Positions 1 to 10,463 of a stretch of DNA of 64,000 nt are shown piece by piece (position 1 is the stretch's first letter; every line of letters begins with the position of its first letter). The DNA is from an uncultured virus (IMG/VR IMGVR_UViG_3300049982_000266) (lineage: Duplodnaviria; Heunggongvirae; Uroviricota; Caudoviricetes): the IMG/VR virus record IMGVR_UViG_3300049982_000266, one strand, 5' to 3'. The notes below the pieces were generated by a model, which had not been told where the DNA came from, ran no database searches, and worked only from the letters and a program-made list of their open reading frames with translations. The translations under genes and the position numbers were made by a program.

Positions 1-306
1 ATGACCTGCGGCTCGTTCATGTCGGGCCAGACCTGCGTGACGCGGTAGGTCTTCACGCCGCTCGTGGCGCCGTCGTCCAGGGTCTCGTAGCGGACCTTGC
101 CGGGGCCGGTCTCTGTGGTGGTCACGCTGCCTCCAGGGTGGCGAGGTCGACGCCGAGCGCGGCGACCTGTGCGGGGGTGGTGGGCTCGGGGGCGCCGAAC
201 GAGCCGTGCAGGAGCACACCGTTCGCGGCCCGGACGACGAAGACGGTGCGCGCCGGGCAGGAGTAGGTGACCTGCTCGACGGTGTTGCCGAGGGCGTCGC
301 GCATCT

Positions 307-483
307 TCACACCGCACGCTCGCTGAGGTAGTAGTCCGAGAGCCCCTGGCCGTCGGCCGGGCAGATGACCTCGTAGACCATGCCGCTGCCGTGGCGGGCG
401 GGGTGGCTGAGGGTGCCGGGGTGGCGGTCGCCGCACTCGTCGCAGATGACCGTGATGGTCTCGGGGTGGCTGGTCATCGTCAT
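307..483 (-). CDS. 58-aa Cys/His microprotein (MTMTSHPETITVICDECGDRH...), probably leaderless
   Basis: Manually translated; ATG 6 nt after TACGGT -10; stop overlaps next GTG. Confidence 0.6.
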   Translation of the reverse strand: MTMTSHPETITVICDECGDRHPGTLSHPARHGSGMVYEVICPADGQGLSDYYLSERAV

Positions 484-519
484 GCGGCAACCGTACCACA
501 GCCGTACACCGGCTTAGCG
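484..519 (-). promoter_or_regulatory. Repeat module: GCTAAG box + extended -10, leaderless type
   Basis: Minus strand CGCTAAGCCGGTGTACGGCTGTGGTACGGTTGCCGC-ATG; the TAA is the stop of 514..927. Confidence 0.8.
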
Positions 520-927
520 GACCGGACCGACGTACTCGAAGCGCGGGACGTAGCCGTCCTCCCGGACCATCCTCGTGCCGAGGCGGTCGACCTGTGCCGC
601 CGTCATCGTCAGGCGCTCCGGGTGAGCCGGGTGCAGCCACGCCTCGAAGTCCTCACGGGTGCGCACCGCCAGCGCAGGGCCGCTCTTCGCCCCGTCCTGC
701 TGGAGCGCCACGTAGACCACGACCTCGCGCTCGCCGACCTGCTCGAAATCGAAGCGGAAGCCGCCGTCCGCCATCTCGGAGGTGCGCGAGGTCGGCACGT
801 ACAGCCGCTCGGCGTTCGCGTCGTGCGCGAGCCCGAGCACGAGGTAGATCGGCCCCTTGTAGTGGCGGTAGATGCCCGCGAGCACCTGACCCTTCACCTG
901 CGGCCCGAGGGCGTCTTCAGCGGTCAC
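514..927 (-). CDS. DUF1653-like protein
   Basis: GIYRHYKGPIYLVLGLA...EVVVYVAL...LAVR..EDF pattern. Confidence 0.7.
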   Translation of the reverse strand: MTAEDALGPQVKGQVLAGIYRHYKGPIYLVLGLAHDANAERLYVPTSRTSEMADGGFRFDFEQVGEREVVVYVALQQDGAKSGPALAVRTREDFEAWLHPAHPERLTMTAAQVDRLGTRMVREDGYVPRFEYVGPVR

Positions 928-1092
928 GGGCTTCCTCCGGGGTGATCGAGACGATCGAGTAGTGCACGGGGTTCTCCTGCCAGCCGCCGGTCAGCAGCGG
1001 GGCCGAGGGCTCGTAGTTGTAGTCCTCGCGCAGCGTCTCGGCGTCGGCGGCGCTCATCCGCAGCACGACGAGCACCGAGGGCTCCGGGGACG

Positions 1093-1611
1093 TCACGCGG
1101 GCTCGTGCTGCGGGCCGAGCACGACGTCGGCGTCCAGGGTCAGCAGGTCGTTCGGGGCGTAGCGCCAGCCCTGCGCCGTCAGCGGGTCGCGGAAGGTGAC
1201 GATGAGCCCCTTCGCGGCCCAGCCGAAGCGCTCGGCGGCCCGGTGCCAGCCCTGCACGAGCGCGCGGCCCTTCGCGTTGTAGACCCAGCCGCCCTCCCGA
1301 GCGACGAGCCCGCGAGCGTTGCCGACACGCTTCGCGGCAGCGCCGATGCTCCCGGCGCCGCGCACCCGTCCGACGAAGAGCAGCCCGAGCGTGCCGGACT
1401 CCTCGGCGCCGGTCCAGCGCGGGTCGGTGTCGGCCGTCGAGCGCACGACGAGCGCGTCTACGCGGGGCAGGCGACCGGCGAGCCGGGCATCGTCGAGGAC
1501 ACGGTGGACGGCGAGCATCTGCCGGTAGGTGCCGGTCAGGCTCTCGTGCTTCATCCAGCGGCCGTCGCTGGCCCGGCGCCACAGGACGCGGTGGGGAGCC
1601 TCGGCGATCAT
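1093..1611 (-). CDS. hypothetical phage protein
   Basis: Protein-like 3' part of ORF 1093..2265 from MIAEAPHRVLW; ATGA coupling with an upstream 27-aa ORF (1608..1691). Confidence 0.6.
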   Translation of the reverse strand: MIAEAPHRVLWRRASDGRWMKHESLTGTYRQMLAVHRVLDDARLAGRLPRVDALVVRSTADTDPRWTGAEESGTLGLLFVGRVRGAGSIGAAAKRVGNARGLVAREGGWVYNAKGRALVQGWHRAAERFGWAAKGLIVTFRDPLTAQGWRYAPNDLLTLDADVVLGPQHEPA

Positions 1612-1691
1612 GCCTCGACCTCGAAGGTGTAGCGCGGCGCCGGTGCCGTCGGTGCGGTTCGCGCCGTAGGACAGCGCCGGGTCTCGCTCAT

Positions 1692-1762
1692 GCGGTGCTC
1701 CTGGAGGTTGGGGCTCCGGGTTCGCTCCCCGCTGCCGTGAGAGCACCGTACACTGGCTTAGC
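1692..1762 (-). promoter_or_regulatory. Repeat module with leader hairpin
   Basis: GCTAAGCCAGTGTACGGT ... CGGG-GAGCGAA-CCCG (1717-1731) ... CCAGGAG. Confidence 0.8.
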
Positions 1763-1817
1763 GATGCTGGCAAACGAGCGGCCCGGAGGGAGTCCTCCGG
1801 GCCGTCGCCTGCTCGAC

Positions 1818-2036
1818 TCAGCGGTGCGCGCCGCCACGGGGGCGGAAAGCCACCCCGGCAGCCGCGAGCATCCGGTGCACGGAGCCGTACGCGCGGCCGT
1901 GCCGGTCGGCGAGCGCGCGGATGCTGGAGCCCGCCACGTAGGCGTTCACCATCTGGCGGGTCAGCGTGTCTCGGGCGTCGCCCTTCACACGCTCGCCGTG
2001 CTTCGCGGTGACGACGGGCTCGTCGACAGTGGTCAT
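1818..2036 (-). CDS. small helix-turn-helix DNA-binding protein (actinobacterial HTH_58-like)
   Basis: YVAGSSIRALADRHGRAYGSVHRMLAAAGVAFRPRGG. Confidence 0.8.
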   Translation of the reverse strand: MTTVDEPVVTAKHGERVKGDARDTLTRQMVNAYVAGSSIRALADRHGRAYGSVHRMLAAAGVAFRPRGGAHR

Positions 2037-2824
2037 GGTGCTCCTCCAGGGGTCGGGTCGCCGAAGCCGACGACCGTGTGTTCGGCGCGCCGGACGCGCC
2101 CCTCGGGGCCGTGTGCCCACGTGACGACGGGATCGCCGTCGGTCCAGTAGCCCTGCCGCCGCAGGTGCTCAGCACCCTGCTCGGCCAGGAGCGAGTCGAT
2201 CTCTGCCGTCCGGCCACGCACGGACGGGCACTCGAAGGTGAGGGTGCGCGGCCACTCCGAGCCATCCTCGGGCGACGGCCCGAGGGTCACGGTGATCGGG
2301 GGGAGCGGCGGCTGCGCCTCGGCCTCGCCCTCGTCGGTCGGGATCCACTCGACGCCGTTGCGCCGGACAATCACGGGCCGATCCCCACAGGCGGGCCGGT
2401 GAGCACCCCGGCGAGGTCGTGCACGTGGCGCCGGACGTCGCCCGCCATGCCCATCGGGCCGGTCAGCCCCACCGGGCCGCGCGGGCGCTCGACGACGTCC
2501 ATGCCGAGGCTGCGCAGGGCATCGAGGAAGTGCGCCTCCCACGGCCGGGGCTCGGTGTAGTCCTCGCCGGTGTCGCGCTCGCGGTCGATCCGCTCGCCCT
2601 CCTCGCGCTGCGTCTCGTGCGAGCGCTTCACGGCCAGCGTCACGGCCAGCACCTTCGCCTGCTCCAGCAGGTCGGCGGGCGTCGTCACCGGATGATCCTC
2701 TCGGCGTGCCCGGCCTCCCGGCACGGGCAGGGGACGCGCATCGTGCCGTCGACCCCGGAGCCCGAGCAGTCGCGGCAGTCGGCGCGGCGGCACTCGCGGC
2801 AGGGCTGCGGCCCGCCGACGCGGC

Positions 2825-3214
2825 TCACACCTCCGCCAGCGCGACGTCGCGGACGATGAGGGTCCCGGTGCGCGGCTTGTTGGGCGGGTAGAACATCGGG
2901 TCGCCGTCGGCGGCCACGAGGTCGGCCATCGTCGGCGGGTCCTCCAGCCACAGCGGGAAGCAGTACCCGCCGTCGGGGTGCGCGTGCGAGACGAAACTGG
3001 CGCCGACGAGCAGCGCTCGGTCGTCGCCCATAGAGACCTCGTCGGGCTGCGCGACGAGCCACCGGACGCTGTCCGGGCCGACGCACTGCGGCAGCGCCGA
3101 CAGCAGGATCCGCACCGGGTCACCGGTCGGCAGGACGATGCGCGCGACGCCGTCCTCGACGGTGTGCTCCAGCGGCTCGGGGCTGCCGCCGGGCGGCAGG
3201 AACTCGACGATCAC
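2825..3214 (-). CDS. hypothetical protein
   Basis: Protein-like segment from VIVEFLPP; overlapping start/stop with neighbours. Confidence 0.55.
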   Translation of the reverse strand: MIVEFLPPGGSPEPLEHTVEDGVARIVLPTGDPVRILLSALPQCVGPDSVRWLVAQPDEVSMGDDRALLVGASFVSHAHPDGGYCFPLWLEDPPTMADLVAADGDPMFYPPNKPRTGTLIVRDVALAEV

Positions 3215-3789
3215 GAACGCGCCTCGGCGGTGGTCTCCGTGACGGGCTTCGTGCGGGCCTTCACGCCCTGCCGGGTCGCCTGGCGCCGCTGACGACGCGG
3301 GGCGCCGCTCTCGCGGGCCTTGCGCGCCTCGTCGTACTTCAGGAGCCGGTCCATGACGTCGTGCGGGACCTCGACGCCGTCCAGGCGCAGGAGCCCGCCC
3401 TGGTTGTCGAGCATGACGTCGAGCAGCCGGTGCACGTACGTCGGGGTCGCGAGGTCGCTCGTGCGCGAGGTGCGCAGCACCCAGCAGTCGACGCAGCCCT
3501 CCCACGCGGTGCGCTCAGCCGACGGGTCGTCCTCGGTCGGGAGGCGCGGGACGGTGTAGACGACGTGCTCCCCCTTCAGGTGCTCGCGCTTGCAGTCGGC
3601 GCAGGGGACCGGGTGGGGCTGCTGCTGCTCGGGACCGGCGATCTCGACGGTGGTCTCGCCCGCCTCGACGGTCTCGACGACCTGCTCGGCCAGTGGCTCG
3701 ACGGTGCCGTCCGCGTGCCGGACCGCGACCTGTCCGGACTCGGTCACGAAGAGGGCGCCGCCCTCGGGTACTTCGACGGGGGTGGTCAT
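3211..3789 (-). CDS. hypothetical protein with two CxxC pairs
   Basis: 192-aa ORF, CADC and CVDC. Confidence 0.65.
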   Translation of the reverse strand: MTTPVEVPEGGALFVTESGQVAVRHADGTVEPLAEQVVETVEAGETTVEIAGPEQQQPHPVPCADCKREHLKGEHVVYTVPRLPTEDDPSAERTAWEGCVDCWVLRTSRTSDLATPTYVHRLLDVMLDNQGGLLRLDGVEVPHDVMDRLLKYDEARKARESGAPRRQRRQATRQGVKARTKPVTETTAEARS

Positions 3790-3840
3790 GCGCCCAGTCG
3801 ATCACGCCTGCCCCGACAGGATCAAGCCGACGCGCCGCCC

Positions 3841-4641
3841 CTACGCGACGTCGAAGCCGAGCCCAGCCAGGGCGACGAGCACGGCGTCGTCGATCCCGTC
3901 GTCCACGTCGTGTCCGTTGTCGGCTGCCACGTAGCCCGAGCGGTAGGCCGCCCTCAGGGCGTCCTCCAGTGGCGCCATGAGCCCCGGCCGCTCCGGGGCG
4001 TCCACCATCGCCTTGACGGCCTTCGGCGGGCCAGCGGGCGGGCACCACGAGCACGGCTCCTGGATGACCGTGCCAGGCGTGGGGCCGGGCTTCAGTCCTC
4101 GGGGGTGCTGGCACGGCACCTGGACACCCTCGTCGGCCAGGGCGCGTGCCTGGTCGGCCTGCTCCCGGACGTCAGCGAGCAGCCGCCGAGTGCGGGCGTC
4201 GAGGTCGGGCATCTCCACGCGCAGCGCAGGCTCGGGGTCGCCCCACACGGCCTTCATGTCGAGCCCGCCGACGACCCGGTCGGTGCCCTCGCGCCGGGCG
4301 TCCTTCGGGATGCCGCCCCACCCGAGGCTGTAGTGCACCGGGTCGGAGGCGCGCACGGTCGGCTCCAGCATCGCGGCAGCGCGCTCCGGGACCTCCAGGG
4401 CGACGACGACGACGCCGTTGATCCCGAAGTACGCGTCGGTGATCCGGGCGCGACCCATCGTCGACCGGTAGTCGCCGGGGATGCGCAGGAAGTGGGGCTC
4501 CTGCCCGATGAGCCCGGCGATCGCGTCGCGGGTCAGCACGGGATTGTCGTTCGGGAACGTCCAGTGCACGAGCATCGGCGCCGTGCGCTCGGGCGCGGGC
4601 GGGTCGGGGCGCAGCGGCAGGCTGTCGTCAGGGTCGGGCAC
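3841..4641 (-). CDS. hypothetical protein
   Basis: Protein-like 3' part of ORF 3841..5016; start uncertain. Confidence 0.55.
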   Translation of the reverse strand: MPDPDDSLPLRPDPPAPERTAPMLVHWTFPNDNPVLTRDAIAGLIGQEPHFLRIPGDYRSTMGRARITDAYFGINGVVVVALEVPERAAAMLEPTVRASDPVHYSLGWGGIPKDARREGTDRVVGGLDMKAVWGDPEPALRVEMPDLDARTRRLLADVREQADQARALADEGVQVPCQHPRGLKPGPTPGTVIQEPCSWCPPAGPPKAVKAMVDAPERPGLMAPLEDALRAAYRSGYVAADNGHDVDDGIDDAVLVALAGLGFDVA

Positions 4642-5179
4642 GGGTGATGACCTCGATCGGGATGAGAGGGCGGGAGCCCTCGGGGCGGTCCTCGGGCTTG
4701 ACGTCGAGGTAGTAGGAGCAGTTGATCTCGCGCATGTTCGCACGCGGCTCGCCCCCGTAGAACGGGAAGTCCGAGCAGACGCGCGGTCGGGTCTCGTGGG
4801 CCATGCACCGGCGGTGCACCGGGTCGAACTGGTCGCACGAGAGGATCTGCTGCACGACGCCCCCGACCCAGCGGACCTCGCCGGTCGGGTGCCAGTGCTG
4901 GAGGATGAAGGCGGCCTCGCGGGCGCCCTCGCCCTTGCGGAGCCCGTACTTCGGTCGCGTCGGCAGCGACCCCTCCGGCTCGCCGTCCCAGTGCTGCGGC
5001 CGGGACGTCCCGGCACCGCCGTTGCCGCTCATGCTCGCGCGCATGTCGTGCAGCGTCGTCCCGATCGAGATGCGCTCACAGCAGTCGCCGCAGCCCGCGC
5101 ACCCGAGGGAGCCCTCGACGCTGTCCTGCCGCTTGCGCTCGCCCTGGACCGGGGCCTCGTCGGCGCTCACCGGCCGCAC
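4628..5179 (-). CDS. YkgJ-family cysteine-cluster (Zn/Fe-chelating) protein
   Basis: CAGCGDCC...SCDQFD...RRCMAHETRPRVCSDFPF. Confidence 0.8.
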   Translation of the reverse strand: MRPVSADEAPVQGERKRQDSVEGSLGCAGCGDCCERISIGTTLHDMRASMSGNGGAGTSRPQHWDGEPEGSLPTRPKYGLRKGEGAREAAFILQHWHPTGEVRWVGGVVQQILSCDQFDPVHRRCMAHETRPRVCSDFPFYGGEPRANMREINCSYYLDVKPEDRPEGSRPLIPIEVITRARP

Positions 5180-5871
5180 CCGTAGCCCGACCGGGCGTCG
5201 CCGTCGAGGAAGCGGCGCTCGCCGGTCGTGACGAAGGCGGCGTCCAGGGTGGCCCCAGCGACCGCCAGGGTCGCGTGCAGGTTGCCCAGCGACAGCAGAG
5301 TCGCGGCGGCCATGTGCGCGTCGAGCAGGGGGGTCTGCGGGCCGCCCCGGCGCACCTCCGCCTCGGCGGCCTTGATGGTCGCGCGGGCGGCCTCGCTGAA
5401 GCGCTCAGCCTCCCGGTAGTGCCAGTCGGCGTCGTGCGTCTCGACCTCGGGGGCCTCGACGTTCGGGGTCACAGCCGGACCGTCCAGGTCGCCTTCAGGC
5501 CGCGCACGTTGCCGGTCGCGTCGCCGCGCATGTCGGTGTCGTAGATCGAGTCCAGCGCGGCGTCGGCGGGGATCTTCAGCAGCCACTCGGCGAGGGCGAC
5601 CTTGTCCAGCGGCTTGCCTCGCTCGGCGCGGTGCTCGCTCGTGCTCGTCACGATGCTCACAGCAGGGTTCCTCCTCGCAGGTCGGGTTCGATCTCCTCGT
5701 GCCAGATCCGCTGCACCTCGGCTTCCTCGCGGGCCAGGTACGCCCGGTCGCGCTCGGCCTTCGCGGCGGCCTTCGTCGCCAGCCGCTCGCGGACGCGACG
5801 GGCGAAGGGCTCGCCGTGCTCGACGAGCAGCACGACCGCCAGGGCGGCCTGCACGGCGCGCTCCAGGCGGC

Positions 5872-6354
5872 TCACCACACGATCCCGGAGCCGCCGGAGG
5901 GACGCCGGACGATCGGCTGGCCGAGGTCCCAGTCGAAGCCCTGCGACGTGCTGGCGCCGAGCCGCCGCTGGAAGTCGGCGCGGGTGATCGGCGTCTCCCA
6001 CGTCGGGGAGCCGGGGGTGCGCCAGCCGTCGTCGTCGACCACGCGGACGTTCTCGCGCTGCTCCCACTGCGCGGGGGTCAGCAGCAGCCCGGCCTTCAGG
6101 GCGCACGCCGGGCACGAGTAGGGGTTCTCCTCGCCGACGGCGTCGTGCAGTCGCTCGGGCGCGGCATCGTCGGGCACGGCGCACTCGGGCTCGTTGCGCA
6201 CCGGCTCGGCGGCGTTCGCCAGGTCAGCCGAGCCCTTCGCGATCTCGCGGTGCTCGCCGTTCACCTTCGTGCAGCGCTGGCCGCAGAGCCCCGTGCCCTT
6301 CTGCGCCATGACGACGACCTCGGCGCCGCATACCCCGCAAGTCTCGCTAGCCAC
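5872..6354 (-). CDS. Zn-finger hypothetical protein
   Basis: CGVC, CGQRC, CPAC. Confidence 0.55.
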   Translation of the reverse strand: MASETCGVCGAEVVVMAQKGTGLCGQRCTKVNGEHREIAKGSADLANAAEPVRNEPECAVPDDAAPERLHDAVGEENPYSCPACALKAGLLLTPAQWEQRENVRVVDDDGWRTPGSPTWETPITRADFQRRLGASTSQGFDWDLGQPIVRRPSGGSGIVW

Positions 6355-6748
6355 GGTGGGCCTCCTCGGTCATGGCGCAGAACCGGTAGCCCTCGGCGGG
6401 GTCGTCGTCGTAGGTGCGGTGGTAGCAGGCGGCGTCGCCCTCGCCGCCCTCGAACTCGTGCCCGAGAGGCAGAGCGGCGGGCTCGACGGCGGGCAACAGC
6501 GCCTCGGCGCCCGGGTGCATCGGGCGCTCGACATCGACGGCCTGGACGGTGACGGCGGCCGTGTAGTCGTCCGGGTCGACGCGGATCGTGACGGCGGCGT
6601 CCCCGTCCTGACCGGCGGCCTTCGCACGCACGAGCGCGTTGAGCAGCCCGTCCAGGGTCAGCGCGCCGTCGGGGCACTCGACGGTCGCGGCGTAGGTGTC
6701 CTCGATCGTGACGGAGCGGCTGACGCGCTCGGAGCGGATGGCGCTCAC
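6347..6748 (-). CDS. hypothetical protein
   Basis: 133-aa ORF, acidic, coupled to neighbours. Confidence 0.55.
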   Translation of the reverse strand: MSAIRSERVSRSVTIEDTYAATVECPDGALTLDGLLNALVRAKAAGQDGDAAVTIRVDPDDYTAAVTVQAVDVERPMHPGAEALLPAVEPAALPLGHEFEGGEGDAACYHRTYDDDPAEGYRFCAMTEEAHRG

Positions 6749-7792
6749 CGGAGGCGCTTCGTGTCGCGGACGGTGCGGAGGTCGGGCAAGGGGTGCTCCT
6801 GTCGGGGTTCGCTCGGGTGGATCATGTTACGGGGGCGGGCAGGGCTCAGCCAGGGGACACGCCGCCCTTGCGCTCGCAGCGCTGGCAGCGGGCCTGCTGA
6901 GCGGTCTCGGCCTCGGTGTCCCGCCAGACGCGCGACATGACGCCGCCGTTGCGCTGGCCGCGCGGGGTGCTCGGCCGGGCCACGAAGGGCACGTCCACGC
7001 CGCAGAGCGTCTTCCAGTCGGCCTCGGGGTCGACGAGGTGCGCGCGGGTCGAGACGACCTGCGCCGACAGGGAGCCGGAGGTCGCGCGGCCCCACGAGAC
7101 GGCCACGAGGTCAGCCACGGGCGTCGTCCGGCACGAGCGGGTCGACGCGAGGGCGCAGCGGGCCGACGGAGCCGTCCTCGTACACCTCCTGGATGCCGCC
7201 CTGGACGCGCACGTCTCCGGGCTGCTGCGGCCGGGGCTCGGCGTCGCGCTCGAAGCCGTCGAGGTCGGCGCTCACGCTCTCGGCATGGGAGCGCAGCGCG
7301 GCGACGTCGGCCTCCAGTCGGACGATCTTCGCCTCGGCCTCGCCGAGCGCAGCGACGTGCTGGCACTCGATCGGGTCGGCGTCGCAGCCGCACGGGCTGC
7401 GGAAGCGGACCTCGTCGCCGACGGCCTTGCGGCTGACGAAGCGCTCGACCTCGTCCAGCGTCGAGGCGACCTCGTCTCCCCACGTGACGCGAGGAGCGCC
7501 CGGTCGGGGCTCGGGCTGGCCGTTGAGCAGCGTGCGCAGCCGGTGCAGCAGCAGTCGGGCCATCGCGCCGGTCTCGGTGGGGGTCATCGGCGGTCCTGTC
7601 GGCGGTCGAGGCGGTCGACGATGCGGCGGCTGTCGTCGGCGTCCAGGCGGGTGTGCTGGCGGCAGTGCTCGCCGTCGTGGCCGGAGATCGGCTGGCGGCA
7701 GCCGCGCTCGGCGCACTCGGGGATGACGACCTCGCGGCTGCGGGCAGGGCGCTCCTCGCGGGGCGGCTGCCAGAACACGCGGGACAGGCTGC

Positions 7793-8284
7793 TCATCGGG
7801 TCTTCCTCTCGGCGGCGCGGCGCTGGCGCCGGTTCATGCCCGGCAGCACCGGGGCGGTCTTGGGGACGGGCTGGCCGAGCATCTTCATCACCTCGGCGTC
7901 AGGCAGGTGGAGCAGCGCGCGCTCCAGGATCGACTCGCGGAGACCGGTCCAGGCGCGCGTCGGGGCGGCGAGCCACCCGTCGCGGGGGATCACGACGCCG
8001 ACGTAGCGGTCGACCTTGCCGTACCTCGGGGTGCGCTCGACGACCATGCCGAGCGCGTCGAGGTTCCAGGCGTGCGTGCCGCCGAAGGCGCCGTTCTCGG
8101 CGTAGACGACGCCCTCGACGTAGGCACCCTCGCCGCGCCAGGCGTTCGTCCAGCACTCGCCGGGCTCGCCGTCGAACGGGACGGAGGAGCGGCGCATCTC
8201 GACGCCGTGGCGGATGACGAAGGCGGTGAGGCGGCGCCGGGCCTCCTCGGAGACCCGGTACTCCTCGGGGGTGAGCCCGATCAT
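7793..8284 (-). CDS. putative transglutaminase/papain-fold protein
   Basis: GECWTNA...YVEG...HAWN Cys-His arrangement. Confidence 0.5.
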   Translation of the reverse strand: MIGLTPEEYRVSEEARRRLTAFVIRHGVEMRRSSVPFDGEPGECWTNAWRGEGAYVEGVVYAENGAFGGTHAWNLDALGMVVERTPRYGKVDRYVGVVIPRDGWLAAPTRAWTGLRESILERALLHLPDAEVMKMLGQPVPKTAPVLPGMNRRQRRAAERKTR

Positions 8285-8424
8285 CGGGCGGCGGCCAGAC
8301 GCTCGGAGACCTCGGCGGCCTCCTCGGCGCAGTCGACGTGCGCGGGCATCCCGGCCGAGCGGGCGCCGGGCTCGTTGACCTCGTCCTCGCTCATGCGGCC
8401 GGTGCAGATCGAGCAGCGGTACAT

Positions 8425-8487
8425 GGTGGTCCTCCTGATCTTCGGGGTCGCTCTCCCCTTCGGCAGTCAGCGTACACCACCTTAGCC
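8425..8487 (-). promoter_or_regulatory. Repeat module with leader hairpin
   Basis: GCTAAGGTGGTGTACGCT ... GGGG-AGAGCGA-CCCC (8444-8458) ... CAGGAGG-ATG (47-aa ORF 8281..8424). Confidence 0.8.
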
Positions 8488-8646
8488 TCTGGCGCGGGCG
8501 GTTCCCTCGCAGAGCCGGGGCGGGTAGCCGACGACGTGCGGCCGGACGACGCCGGACGGAAGCCGGACGCCCTTGGCACAGCGCCTCGTCAGGCAGCAGC
8601 AGCCTCGGTCGTGCGCCGCGTCGCGCAGGTAGTCCTCGACGTCCAC

Positions 8647-9222
8647 CTACAGCGGGCCGGTCCGCAAGTGCAGCCGGGGGTCGACCTCGTCGGCGCGCAC
8701 GAGCACGCGCAGCCGGACGTAGCCGCGCTCCAGCAGCGTCGCCGCGCCCTTGTGCTCCTCGCAGCGCCACGTGCGGGCGCCGTCCGGGCGCTCGTGCGCC
8801 GACGTCGCGGGCTTGCCGCACAGGTCGCTCGTGGCGATCCCCCGACGCCCGCCGCGCATCGGGTCGAAGGCGCAGCGCTTGTGCAGGTCGACGACCCGCA
8901 CCTCGGCCATGCCCGCCGGGAGCGGCGGCGCCCAGCCCCGGACGAGGTCCCAGTGCGCGTCGTCGAGGTGCCGCACCTGCGTGCGGTCGATCATGCCGGT
9001 CTGGCCGCAGGTGCGGTTCTCCTCGGTCGGCTCCCAGCGCAGGTCCCACACGAGGTCGACGACGCACGCCCAATCCGGCCACCCGGCGGCGTAGCGCTCG
9101 TTGATGGTGCGGCAGGCGTCCTCCCAGCCCTCGGTGTCGACGGGGAAGCGCAGGTTGTGCTCGACCTCGTACCAGCGGCCCTTCAGGGTCGCGCCGACGG
9201 GGATGAGGCTGTGGCTGCTCAC
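8647..9222 (-). CDS. hypothetical protein
   Basis: 191-aa Trp/Cys-rich ORF. Confidence 0.6.
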   Translation of the reverse strand: MSSHSLIPVGATLKGRWYEVEHNLRFPVDTEGWEDACRTINERYAAGWPDWACVVDLVWDLRWEPTEENRTCGQTGMIDRTQVRHLDDAHWDLVRGWAPPLPAGMAEVRVVDLHKRCAFDPMRGGRRGIATSDLCGKPATSAHERPDGARTWRCEEHKGAATLLERGYVRLRVLVRADEVDPRLHLRTGPL

Positions 9223-9445
9223 GGTCAGTCCTTCCAGTGGCCGCGCGAGGCGGCGTACTCGGAGTTCGCCACGCAGCGGGCGCAGGTGACGCCGGTGTGC
9301 TCGAAGTCGGTCGCTCCGAGCCCCCGGTCGTGCTTCAGGTAGCGGTTGCAGGCGGTCAGGACACCCTCGTAGGCGTTCTCTCCCCGGACGACATGGACGT
9401 TGCCCGAGAGGGCCGTGACGGTGCGCCGGTAGACGCTGAGCCCCA

Positions 9446-9793
9446 TCACTGCTCGGCCACCGGCCCGAGCACGCTGTTCACGGCGCGGCGGGCCTCGACG
9501 TCGGGGTTGGCCGGAGCGGCGCGGATCGCCTCGCGCTCAGCCATGCGCGCCCGGTGCTCGTTGTCGCTGCCGCCGGGGCAGGTCTTGCAGGTGACGCCCG
9601 AGTGCTGGCCGACGTTCGCCAGCACGTTCGAGCGGGTGAACTGCGCCAGTGTGGCGCCGCAGCCGGTCTTGACGGAGCCGTCGGCGTTGACGGCCAGGAC
9701 GACGTGCGTCAGCCCGGTCGACGCGGTGACGACCTGTCGGGTGCCGACAGGGGCGGGCAGGCTGGCGGGCGTGATGCCGTTGGGCGTGGTCAC
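9446..9793 (-). CDS. hypothetical protein (H..CG..CxxC)
   Basis: 115-aa ORF, CAGGAG RBS upstream. Confidence 0.6.
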   Translation of the reverse strand: MTTPNGITPASLPAPVGTRQVVTASTGLTHVVLAVNADGSVKTGCGATLAQFTRSNVLANVGQHSGVTCKTCPGGSDNEHRARMAEREAIRAAPANPDVEARRAVNSVLGPVAEQ

Positions 9794-9857
9794 GGGATCT
9801 CCTGTGCTCGGGGTCGGGTGCTCATGGTCGCAGCCTTGCGGCGGTAGGGGGCGGCGC

Positions 9858-10199
9858 TCACCGGTAGCGCTCCCGGTTGATCTGCTGGTCGGCCTTGCCG
9901 TCGACCACGAGGCGGCCGGTCAGCCAGTCCTCGACCATCTTCGTGCGCCGGATCTCGCCGGGCGTCGCGAAGATGATGTGCTGCACGGTGCCGGTCTCGG
10001 CGCCTTCGGCCTTCAGGTCGGCGGCGCTCGGCTCGACGAGATCGCCCTCGCGGTCGACCTGCATCCCGGACAGCGTGACGCGCCCGCCCTGCTCGGAGCA
10101 GGTCACGTCCTTCAGCAGCACCGTGCGGCGCCTGCCGAGGTGGTCGGGGTAGGAGACACGCTCGAAGGTGCCCACTAGAACGGCGGGTCGGTCTGCCAC
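9858..10199 (-). CDS. hypothetical protein
   Basis: 113-aa protein-like ORF. Confidence 0.6.
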   Translation of the reverse strand: MADRPAVLVGTFERVSYPDHLGRRRTVLLKDVTCSEQGGRVTLSGMQVDREGDLVEPSAADLKAEGAETGTVQHIIFATPGEIRRTKMVEDWLTGRLVVDGKADQQINRERYR

Positions 10200-10387
10200 T
10201 GGACGGCCGGGGCGCTCCAGGGGTCTTCGGCGCGCAGGGCGGCGGCGCGCTCCGGGCTGAGGCGGGCGGGCGGGGTGTCGTCGGCGACGTCGGCCAGGGT
10301 CGGCCGGTCGTTGTACGCCTGCTCGCCGTGCGCGCGCTCGAAGGCGGCGGCGCCGTCCACCGTGGAGGTGAAGTCGTCGCGGTGCAT

Positions 10388-10463
10388 GTGGTGCTCCTGT
10401 CGATCTTGGGGCCGGTCGCTCACCGGTCCCCAGAGACTAAGCCCGTGTACGCCGATCCGTCAA
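10388..10463 (-). promoter_or_regulatory. SigA-type promoter with inverted box in spacer, plus leader hairpin
   Basis: TTGACG-N18-TAGTCT; plus-strand CTAAGCCCGTGTACG lies in the spacer; CCGG-TGAGCGA-CCGG (10412-10426); CAGGAG. Confidence 0.8.
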